A stretch of DNA of 64,000 nucleotides. Origin: Eledone cirrhosa (lineage: Eukaryota). Shown in pieces: positions 29,713 to 40,070 of this stretch (the first letter of the stretch is position 1; each line of letters opens with the position of its first letter). A model generated the notes under the pieces. That model ran no database searches. It was not told where the DNA came from and saw only the letters and a list, made by a program, of their open reading frames with translations. The position numbers and the translations under genes were made by a program. The stretch spans positions 7,812,001 to 7,876,000 of the forward strand of contig OZ024740.1 of assembly GCA_964016885.1 (NCBI GenBank), in the 5' to 3' direction.

Positions 29713-30084
29713 ATACATAGTAAAACCTACTACAGCCAGTAGGCATCTCTAACAAAATACACCCCGTCCCACCACCAACACCCCATCCACACCACCCCGT
29801 TCTATGTAAAGTTATGTTGGTGCCGCGCCATCCAGGCCGAAACAAATGAGATCGTGTAGGTGTCACGACAAAAAAACACACAGTCCACGCTGTAATGTGG
29901 CCGTGTAGGCAACACGGTAAAAACCTCCCAGACCCACACTGTAAATGTGGTTGGTGTTAGGAAGGGTATCCAACTGTAGAAAACCTGTCAGACAGTCCTA
30001 TGCGAGCAAGACAATCACTCTTGCCTCAAGTGGGACTACCCCCGTCCAAACCCATGCAAGCGTGGAACACGGACGTTAAACGTT

Positions 30085-30105
30085 GATGATGATGATGATG
30101 ATGAT
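30085..30105 (+). repeat. (GAT)7 3' tail of LINE A copy 1
   Basis: Direct read; short tandem-repeat tails are typical of RTE-clade LINEs. Confidence 0.95.
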
Positions 30106-30467
30106 ATCAGTTTCTATTGGTATGTCAGTTTTGATTGGTATATCAGTTTTGATTAGTATGTCAGTTTCGATCGGTCTGTCAGTTTCGATTAGTATATCAC
30201 TTTTGATAGGTATATCAGTTTCGATTGGTATGTCAGTTTTGATTGGTATAACAGTTTCTATTGCTATATCTGTTTCTATTGGTATATCAGTTTCGATTGG
30301 TATGTCAGTTTCTATTGGTATGTCAGTTTCGATTATTATATCAGTTACTATTGGTATGTCAGTTTCGATTGGAATGTCAGTTTCGATTGGTATGTCAGTT
30401 TCTATTGGTCTGTCAGTTTCGATTAGTATATCAGATATTATAGGTATGTCAGTTTCTATTGGTATAT
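30106..30467. repeat. 18-bp satellite spacer (about 20 monomers) between LINE A1 and the SINE
   Basis: Same monomer and orientation, with several unusual variants (GGTCTGTC, AGATATTA). Confidence 0.97.
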
Positions 30468-30476
30468 GGAGGCACA

Positions 30477-30487
30477 TGGCTTAGTGG
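30477..30487 (+). promoter_or_regulatory. RNA polymerase III internal promoter, box A
   Basis: TGGCTTAGTGG matches TRGCNNARYGG, 9 nt after the SINE start. Confidence 0.85.
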
Positions 30488-30521
30488 TTAGAGCATTGGC
30501 CTTGCAATCGAAAGGTTGTGT

Positions 30522-30530
30522 GTTCAATTC
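30522..30530 (+). promoter_or_regulatory. RNA polymerase III internal promoter, box B
   Basis: GTTCAATTC matches GTTCRANNC, 34 nt downstream of box A. Confidence 0.8.
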
Positions 30531-30546
30531 TCAGACCGGGTGATAT

Positions 30547-30616
30547 GTTGTTTCCTTGAGCAAGACAATTTATTTCACATTGCTCCAGTTTACTCAGCTG
30601 TAGAAATGAGATAATA
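30547..30616 (+). other. CORE-like central SINE domain
   Basis: Aligns by eye to the recalled MIR core (CCTTGGGCAAGTCACTT...CAGTTTCCTCATCTGTAAAATGGGGATAATA); not database-verified. Confidence 0.7.
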
Positions 30617-30800
30617 GGGACTGGGTTCCCTATCATTCCACTGCAAAGTGGTCATGGAGGTGCCACGGCAAAAAAGCACCCAGCACTCACTGTAAATGAG
30701 GTTTGTGTTAGGAAGGGCATCCAACTGTAGAAATCAAGCCAGAATCAGTTCCCGCCCACCCTTGCAAGCAGGGAAAAGCGGGCGTAAAATGAAATGAAAT

Positions 30801-33385
30801 ATCAGTTTTGATTGGTATATCAGTTTCGATTAGTATGTCAGTTTCTAATGGTATGTCAGTTTCGATTAGTATTACAGTTTCTATTGGTATGTCAGTTTCG
30901 ATTGGTATATCAGTTTCGATTGTTATATCAGTTTCGATTGGTATATCAGTTTTGATTAGTATGTCAGTTTCTATTTGTATATCAGTTTCGATTGGTATAT
31001 CTGTTTCGATTGGTATGTCATTTTCTATTGGTAGATCAGTTTCGATTGGTATGTTAGTTACTATTAGTATAACAGTTTCAATTAGTATATCAGTTTCTAT
31101 TGGTATGTCAGTTTCGATAGGTATGTTAGTCCTCGATTTGTATGTCAGTTTCTATTGGTATATCAGTTTCGATTGGTATGTTAGTTTCGATTGGTATATC
31201 AGTTTCGATAGGTATATCAGTTACGATTGATATGTCAGTTTTGATTGGTATAACAGTTTCTATTGCTATATCTGTTTCTGTTGGATTGTCAGTTTCGATT
31301 GTTATGTCAGTTTCGATTGGTATATCAGTTTCGATTGGTATGTCAGTTTCTATTGGTATGTCAGTTTGGATTGGTATGTCAATTTCGATTGGTATATCAG
31401 TTTTGATTAGTATGTCAGTTTCTATTGATATATCAGTTTCGAATGGTATATCAGTTTCGATTGGTATGTCAGTTTCGATTGGTATATGAGTTTCGATTGG
31501 TATGTCAGTTTTGAATAGTATATCAGTTTCTATTGGTATTTCAGTTTCGATTGGTATGTCAGATTCTATTGGTATATCAGCTTCGATTAGTATGTCAGTT
31601 TCGATTGGTATATCAGATTCGATTGGTATATCAGTTTCTATTGGTATGTTAGTCTCGATTATTATATCAGTTACTATTGGTATGACAGTTTCGATTGGAA
31701 TGTCAGTTTCGATTGGTATGTCAGTTTCTATTGGTATATCAATTTTTATTGGTATATCAGTTTCGATTAGTATGTCAGTTTCGATTGGTATGTCAGTTTC
31801 TATTGGTATATTAGTTTCGATTGATATATCAGTTTCGATTGGTATGTCAGTTTCGATTGGTATGTCAGATTCTATTGGTATATCAGTTTCGATTGGTATA
31901 TAAGTTTCTATTGGTATATAAGTTTCGATTGGTATATCAGTTTCTACTGGTATATCAGTTTCTATTGGTATGTCAGTTTTGATTGGTATATCAGTTTCGA
32001 TTAGTATGTCAGTTTCGATTATTATGTCAGTTTCGATTGGTATATCAGTTTCGATAGGTATATCAGTTTCGATTGGTATGTCAGTTTTGATTGGTATAAC
32101 AGTTTCTATTGCTATATCAGTTTCTGTTGGATTGTCAGTTTCGATTGGTATGTCAGTTTCTACTGGTATATCAGTTTCGATTGGTATGTCAGTTTCTATT
32201 GGTATGTCAGTTTCGATTGGAATGTCAGTTACGAATGGTATGTCAGTTTCTATTGGTATATCTCTTTCGATTGGTATATCAGTATCGATTGGTATGTCAG
32301 GTTTGATTGGTATATCAGCTTCGATTGGTATATCAGTTCTATTGGTATGTCAGTTTCGATTATTATATCAGTTACTATTGTTATCTCAGTTTCGATTGGT
32401 ATGTCAGTTTCGATTGGTATATCAGTTTCGATTGGTATGTCAGTTTCTATTGGTATATCAGTTTCTATTGGTATGTCAGTTTCTATTGATATGTCAGTTT
32501 CTATTGGTATATCAGTTTTGATTGGTATATCAGTTTCGATTGGTATGTCAGATTCGATTGGTATGTCAGTTTCTATTGGTATATCAGTTTCGATTGATAT
32601 ATCAGTTTCGATTAGTATGTCAGTTTCTAATGGTATGTCAGTTTCGATTAGTATATCACTTTCTATTGATATGTCAGTTTCGATTGGTATATCAGTTTCG
32701 ATTAGTATATCAGTTTCGAATGTTATTTCAGTTTCGATTGGTATGTCAGTTTCTATTTCTATATCAGTTTCTATTGGTATGTCAGTTTCGATTGGAATGT
32801 CAATTTCGATTGGTATATCAGTTTCGAATAGTATGTCAGTTTCTATTGGTATATCAGTGTCGATTGGTATATCTGTTTCGATTGGTATGTCAGTTTCTAT
32901 TGGTAGATCAGTTACGATTGGTAAGTTAGTTACTATTGGTATATCAGTCTCGATTAGTATATCAGTTTCTATTGGCATGTCAGTTTCGATAGGTATGTTA
33001 GTCCTCGATTTGTATGTCAGCTTCTATTGGTATATCAGTTTCGATGGGTATGTCAGTTTCGATTAGTATGTCAGTTACTATTGGTATGTCTGTTTCGATT
33101 AGTATATCAGTTTCTATTGGTAGATCAGTTACGATTGGTAAGTTAGTTACTATTGGTATATCAGTTTCGAATAGAATATGAGTTTCTATTGGTATGTCAG
33201 TTTCGATAGGTATGTTAGTCCTCGATTTGTATGTCAGTTTCTATTGGTATATCAGTTTCTATTGGTATGTCAGTTTCTATTTGTATATCAGTTTCAATTG
33301 GTATGTTAGTTTCTATTGGTAAGTCAGCTTCGATTATTATATCAGTTTCTATTGGTATGTCAGTTTCGATTATTATATCAGTTAC
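30801..33385. repeat. 18-bp satellite between the SINE and LINE B (relatively heterogeneous monomers)
   Basis: Same monomer and orientation; many unusual variants; no long exact duplication noticed. Confidence 0.97.
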
Positions 33386-33838
33386 AGAATGAAAGGCAGA
33401 CTGTATGATGCGTGTATCCGAACAGCGATGTTGCATGGTAGTGAGACCTGGGCGCTGAAGGTGGAAGACTTACGTAGATTAGAGAGAAACGAAGCCTGCA
33501 TGCTCCGATGGATGTGTAACAGTAATATACTTGAAAGACAAAGCATAAAGGAATTGAGAGAGAGACTGAGTATAAGAGGAATCAAATGCTGCGTGCAGGA
33601 GAGGCGGTTACGCTGGTATGGACATGTGATGCGTATGAAGGATGACAGCTGCATAAAAAGGTGCAGAGCACTAGAAGTTGATGGAAACCGCGGAGTGGGG
33701 AGACCCAAGATGACTTGGGATGAGGTGATAAAAGCCGACCTTACCCAATTACACCTCTCAAAGACAATGACACACGACCGTGACTTCTGGCGTCACGCAG
33801 TAATACAGGGTACCCGACCTCCCATGGGTACATGCTGA
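33386..33838 (+). pseudogene. C-terminal fragment of the family B LINE ORF
   Basis: Open 150-codon fragment collinear with 29275-29712 and 59001-59438; the ATG at 33389 is an internal Met. Confidence 0.88.
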
Positions 33839-34141
33839 AGCATATAAACAATATGCCCCACACCCCCCACCGCAAGGTGGTCGTGGAGGTGCCACGGCAA
33901 AAAAGCACCAGCCCACACTGTAAAGTGGACGTGTAGGCGCCACGACAAAGCACCCAGCACTCACTGTAAAAGAGGTTAGTGTTAGGAAGGGCATCCAGCT
34001 GTAGAAATCAAGCCAGATCAGTTCCTGTATGAGCAAGGCATGGTCAGCCGACCAGACACTGCCCACAACAGGACAACCCGTCTAACCCATGCTAGCGTGG
34101 AAGAACGGACGTAAAACGGTGATGATGATGATGATGATGAT
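33386..34141 (+). mobile_element. Heavily 5'-truncated RTE-clade LINE, family B (C-terminal ORF fragment, 3' UTR, (GAT)7 tail)
   Basis: Protein MKGRLYDACIRTAMLHGSETWAL...RRLRWYGHV...GRPKMTW is homologous to family A but clearly diverged; distinct 3' UTR ending GGACGTAAAACGGT(GAT)7 (tail 34121-34141). Confidence 0.92.
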
Positions 34142-35349
34142 ATCAGTTTCTATTGGTATATAAGTTTCTATTGGTATATCAGTTTCCATTGGTATGTCAG
34201 ATTCGATTGGTATATCAGTTTCGATTGGTATGTCAGTTTCTATTGGTATGTCAGTTTCTATTGGTATGTCAGTTTCTATTGCTATATCAGTTTCTATTAG
34301 TATGTCAGTTTCTATTGGTATATCAGTTTCTATTGGTATGTCAGTTTCTATTGGTATGTCAGTTTCTATTGGTATGTCAGTTTCGATTGGTATGTCAGAT
34401 TCTATTGGTATATCAGTTTCGATTGGTATATCAGTTTCTACTGCTATATCAGTTTCTATTGGTATGTCAGTTTGGATTGGTATATCAGTTTCGATTAGCA
34501 TGTCAGTTTCGATTGGTATGTCAGTTTCGATTGGTATATTAGTTTCGATAGGTATATCAGTTTCGATTGGTATGTCAGTTTCGATTGGTATATCAGTTTC
34601 GATTGGTATGTCAGTTTCGATTGGTATGTCAGTTTCTATTGGTATATCAGTTTCGATTAGTATGACAGTTTCTAATGGTATGTCAGTTTCGATTAGTATA
34701 TCAGTTTCTATTGGTATGTCAGTTTTGATTGGTATGTCAGTTTCGATTGGTATATCAGTTTCGATTAGTATATCAGTTTCGATTGTTATATCAGTTTCGA
34801 TTGGTATGTCAGTTTCTATTGGTATATCAGTTTCTATTGGTATGTCAGTTTCGATTGGTGTGTCAGTTTCGATTGGTATGTCAATTTCGATTGGTATATC
34901 AGTTTCGATTAGTATGTCAGTTTCTATTGGTATATCAGTTTCGATAAGTATATCTGTTTCATTTAGTATGTCAGTTTCTATTGGTAGATCAGTTACGATT
35001 GGTATGTTAGTTACTATTGGTATATCAGTTTCGATTAGTATATCAGTTTCTATTGGTATGTCAGTTGCGATAGGTATGTTAGTCCTCGATTTGTATGTCA
35101 GTTTCTATTGGTATATCAGTTTCGATCGGTATGTCAGTTTCGATTGGTATATCAGTTTCTATTGGTATATCAGTTTCTATTGGTATGTCAGTTTCTATTT
35201 GTATATCAGTTTCAATTGGTATGTTAGTTTCTATTGGTAAGTCAGCTTCGATTAGTATTTTAGTTACTATTGGTATCTCAGTTTCGATTAGTATGTCAGT
35301 TTCGATTGGTATGTCAGTTTCGATTGGTATATCAGTTTCGATAGGTATA

Positions 35350-38300
35350 TCAGTTTCGATTGGTATATCAGTTTCTATTTGTATATCAGTTTCTATTGGT
35401 ATGTCAGTTTTGATTGGTATATCAGTTTCGATTAGTATGTCAGTTTCGATTGGTATGTCAGTTTCTATTGTAATATCAGTTTTGATTGGTATATCAGTTT
35501 CGATTGGTATGTCAGTTTCGATTGGTATGTCAGTTTCTATTGGTATATCAGTTTCGATTGGTATATCAGTTTCTATTGGTATGTCAGTTTCTATTGGTAT
35601 ATCAGTTTCTATTGGTATGTCAGTTTCGATTGGTATGTCAGTTTCGATTGGTATATCAGTTTCGATTAGTATGTCAGTATCTATTGGTATATCAGTTTCG
35701 ATTGGTATATCCGTTTCGATTGGTATGTCAGTTTCTATTGGTAGATCAGTTACGATTGGCATGTTAGTTACTATTGGTATATCAGTTTCGATTAGTATAT
35801 CAGTTTCTATTGGTATGTAAGTTTCGATAGGTATGTTAGTCCTCAATTGGTATGTCAGTTTCGATTGTTATGTCAGTGTCGATTGGTATATCAGTTTGGA
35901 TTGGTATGTCAGTTTGGATTGGTATGTCAGTTTCGATTGGTATGTCAGTTTCGATTGGTATATCAGTTTCCATTGGTATATCAGTTTCAATTAGTATGTC
36001 AGTTTCGATTGGTATGTCAGTTTCGATTAGTATATCAGTTTCTATTGGTATGTCAGTTTCGATTGGTATGTCAGATTCTATTGGTATATCAGTTTCGATT
36101 GGTATATCAGTTTCGATTGGTATATCAGTTTCTACTGCTATATCAGTTTCTATTGGTATGTCAGTTTGGATTGGTATATCAGTTTCGATTAGTATGTCAG
36201 TTTCGATTGGTATGTCAGTTTCGATTGGTATATCAGTTTTGATAGGTATATCAGTTTCGATTGGTATATCAGTTTCGATAAGTATATCTGTTTCATTTAG
36301 TATGTCAGTTTCTATTGGTAGATCAGTTACGATTGGTATGTTAGTTACTATTGGTATATCAGTTTCGATTAGTATATCAGTTACTATTGGTATGTCAGTT
36401 TTGATTGGTATGTCAGTTTCGATTGGTATATCAGTTTCGATTAGTATATCAGTTTCGATTGTTATATCAGTTTCGATTGGTATGTCAGTTTCTATTGGTA
36501 TATCAGTTTCTATTGGTATGTCAGTTTCGATTGGTGTGTCAGTTTCGATTGGTATGTCAATTTCGATTGGTATATCAGTTTCGATTAGTATGTCAGTTTC
36601 TATTGGTATATCAGTTTCGATAAGTATATCTGTTTCATTTAGTATGTCAGTTTCTATTGGTAGATCAGTTACGATTGGTATGTTAGTTACTATTGGTATA
36701 TCAGTTTCGATTAGTATATCAGTTTCTATTGGTATGTCAGTTGCGATAGGTATGTTAGTCCTCGATTTGTATGTCAGTTTCTATTGGTATATCAGTTTCG
36801 ATGGGTATGTCAGTTTCGATTGGTATGTCAGTTTCTATTGGTATATCAGTTTCGAATGGTATGTCTGTTTCGATTAGTATATCAGTTTCTATATGTATAT
36901 CAGTTTCAATTGTTATGTCAGTTTCTATTGGTATATCAGTTTCTAATGGTATGTCAGTTTCTATTTGTATATTAGTTTCAATTGGTATGTTAGTTTCTAT
37001 TGGTAAGTCAGCTTCGATTAGTATATTAGTTACTATTGGTATCTCAGTTTCTATTGGTATGTCAGTTTCGATTGGTATGTCAGTTTCGATTGGTATATCA
37101 GTTTCGATTGGTATGTCAGTTTCGATTAGTATATCAGTTTCTATTGGTATATCAGTTTCTATTGGTATGTCAGTTTTAATTGGTATATCAGTTTCAATTA
37201 GTATGTCAGTTTCGATTGGTATGTCAGTTTCGATTGGTATATCAGTTTCGATAGGTATATCAGTTTCGATTGGTATATCAGTTTCTATTTGTATATCAGT
37301 TTCTATTGGTATATCAGTTTCGATAGGTATATCTGTTATGATTGGTATGTCAGTTTCTATTGGTAGATCAGTTACGATTGGTATGTTAGTTACTATTGGT
37401 ATATCAGTTACGATTAGTATATCAGTTTCTATTGGTATGTCAGTTTTGATAGGTATATTAGTCCTCGATTTGTATGTCAGTTTCTATTGGTATGTCAGTT
37501 TCGATTGGTATGTCAGTTTCGATTAGTATATCAGTTTCTATAAGTATATCAGTTTCAATTGTTATGTCAGTTTCTATTTGTATATCAGTTACAAATGGTA
37601 TGTTAGTTTCTATTGGTAAGTCAGCTTCGATTAGTATATCAGTTTCGATTGGTATGTCAGTTTCGATTAGTATATCAGTTTCTATTGGTATATCAGTTTC
37701 TATTGGTATGTCAGTTTTAATTGGTATATCAGTTTCGATTAGTATGTCAGTTTCGATTGGTATGTCAGTTTCGATTGGTATATCAGTTTCGATAGGTATA
37801 TCAGTTTCTATTTGTATATCAGTTTCTATTGGTATGTCAGATTTGATTGGTATATCAGTTTCGATTAGTATGTCAGTTTCGATTGGTATGTCAGTTTCTA
37901 TTGTAATATCAGTTTTGATTGGTATATCAGTTTCGATTGGTATGTCAGTTTCGATTGGTATGTCAGTTTCTATTGGTATATCAGTTTCGATTGGTATATC
38001 AGTTTCTATTGGTATGTCAGTTTCTATTGGTATATCAGTTTCTATTGGTATGTCAGTTTCGATTGGTATGTCAGTTTCGATTGGTATATCAGTTTCAATT
38101 AGTATGTCAGTATCTATTGGTATATCAGTTTCGATTGGTATATCTGTTTCGATTGGTATGTCAGTTTCTATTGGTAGATCAGTTACGATTGGCATGTTAG
38201 TTACTATTGGTATATCAGTTTCGATTAGTATATCAGTTTCTATTGGTATGTAAGTTTCGATAGGTATGTTAGTCCTCAATTGGTATGTCAGTTTCGATTG

Positions 38301-40070
38301 TTATGTCAGTGTCGATTGGTATATCAGTTTGGATTGGTATGTCAGTTTGGATTGGTATGTCAGTTTCGATTGGTATGTCAGTTTCGATTGGTTTATCAGT
38401 TTCCATTGGTATATCAGTTTCAATTAGTATGTCAGTTTCGATTGGTATGTCAGTTTCGATTAGTATATCAGTTTCTATTGGTATGTCAGTTTCGATTGGT
38501 ATGTCAGATTCTATTGGTATATCAGTTTCGATTGGTATATCAGTTTCGATTGGTATATCAGTTTCTACTGCTATATCAGTTTCTATTGGTATGTCAGTTT
38601 GGATTGGTATATCAGTTTCGATTAGTATGTCAGTTTCGATTGGTATGTCAGTTTCGATTGGTATATCAGTTTTGATAGGTATATCAGTTTCGATTGGTAT
38701 ATCAGTTTCGATAAGTATATCTGTTTCATTTAGTATGTCAGTTTCTATTGGTAGATCAGTTACGATTGGTATGTTAGTTACTATTGGTATATCAGTTTCG
38801 ATTAGTATATCAGTTACTATTGGTATGTCAGTTTTGATTGGTATGTCAGTTTCGATTGGTATATCAGTTTCGATTAGTATATCAGTTTCGATTGTTATAT
38901 CAGTTTCGATTGGTATGTCAGTTTCTATTGGTATATCAGTTTCTATTGGTATGTCAGTTTCGATTGGTGTGTCAGTTTCGATTGGTATGTCAATTTCGAT
39001 TGGTATATCAGTTTCGATTAGTATGTCAGTTTCTATTGGTATATCAGTTTCGATAAGTATATCTGTTTCATTTAGTATGTCAGTTTCTATTGGTAGATCA
39101 GTTACGATTGGTATGTTAGTTACTATTGGTATATCAGTTTCGATTAGTATATCAGTTTCTATTGGTATGTCAGTTGCGATAGGTATGTTAGTCCTCGATT
39201 TGTATGTCAGTTTCTATTGGTATATCAGTTTCGATGGGTATGTCAGTTTCGATTGGTATGTCAGTTTCTATTGGTATATCAGTTTCGAATGGTATGTCTG
39301 TTTCGATTAGTATATCAGTTTCTATATGTATATCAGTTTCAATTGTTATGTCAGTTTCTATTGGTATATCAGTTTCTAATGGTATGTCAGTTTCTATTTG
39401 TATATTAGTTTCAATTGGTATGTTAGTTACTATTGGTAAGTCAGCTTCGATTAGTATATTAGTTACTATTGGTATCTCAGTTTCTATTGGTATGTCAGTT
39501 TCGATTGGTATGTCAGTTTCGATTGGTATATCAGTTTCGATTGGTATGTCAGTTTCGATTAGTATATCAGTTTCTATTGGTATATCAGTTTCTATTGGTA
39601 TGTCAGTTTTAATTGGTATATCAGTTTCGATTAGTATGTCAGTTTCGATTGGTATGTCAGTTTCGATTGGTATATCAGTTTCGATAGGTATATCAGTTTC
39701 GATTGGTATATCAGTTTCTATTTGTATATCAGTTTCTATTGGTATATCAGTTTCGATAGGTATATCTGTTATGATTGGTATGTCAGTTTCTATTGGTAGA
39801 TCAGTTACGATTGGTATGTTAGTTACTATTGGTATATCAGTTACGATTAGTATATCAGTTTCTATTGGTATGTCAGTTTTGATAGGTATATTAGTCCTCG
39901 ATTTGTATGTCAGTTTCTATTGGTATGTCAGTTTCGATTGGTATGTCAGTTTCGATTAGTATATCAGTTTCTATAAGTATATCAGTTTCAATTGTTATGT
40001 CAGTTTCTATTTGTATATCAGTTACAATTGGTATGTTAGTTTCTATTGGTAAGTCAGCTTCGATTTGTAT
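35350..40070. repeat. Higher-order duplication, period 2433 bp (boundaries approximate)
   Basis: GTAATATCAG and GTCCTCAATT recur at +2433; ORF pairs 35486/37919, 35847/38280, 36771/39204. Confidence 0.88.

Larger units (their letters stand above)
27970..30105 (+). mobile_element. 5'-truncated RTE-clade non-LTR retrotransposon (LINE), family A copy 1
   Basis: RT motifs (YKGKGD..SNYRGIKLI, QFGF, AFVDLEKAFDRVP, GVHQGSVLSPLLF, FRYLG); RTE-type C-terminus (R(S)LRWYGHV, GRPRKTW); about 370-bp 3' UTR ending GGACGTTAAACGTT(GAT)7. No endonuclease domain or 5' end. Confidence 0.93.
30468..30800 (+). mobile_element. tRNA-derived CORE-type SINE with RTE-LINE-derived 3' tail
   Basis: tRNA-like head with Pol III boxes A and B; central CCTTGAGCAAGACAATT...CAGTTTACTCAGCTGTAGAAATGAGATAATA resembling the MIR/CORE domain; 30638-30789 homologous to 33867-34116; ends in an AAATG-type repeat tail. 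Confidence 0.9.

Noticed and set aside
29713-30105. Hammerhead, HDV or twister ribozyme in the 3' UTR
   Set aside because: No CUGANGA/GAAA core in a three-stem context and no recognisable twister or HDV consensus by eye; the TGATGA present is only the tail.
27951-30122. Target-site duplications (19 bp with 1 mismatch for A1; 11 bp with 1 mismatch for B; 7 bp for A2; 4 bp for the SINE)
   Set aside because: Any insertion into a tandem array yields apparent flanking repeats, so true TSD lengths cannot be separated from monomer periodicity. Not annotated as features.
30083-30484. Poly-Met-starting ORFs (30083, 59808)
   Set aside because: Translation of the (GAT)n LINE tail running into satellite.
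30468-30540. Possible tRNA gene
   Set aside because: Boxes A/B and a D-arm are present, but the acceptor and anticodon stems do not pair and it continues into CORE and LINE-derived sequence. It is a SINE head.
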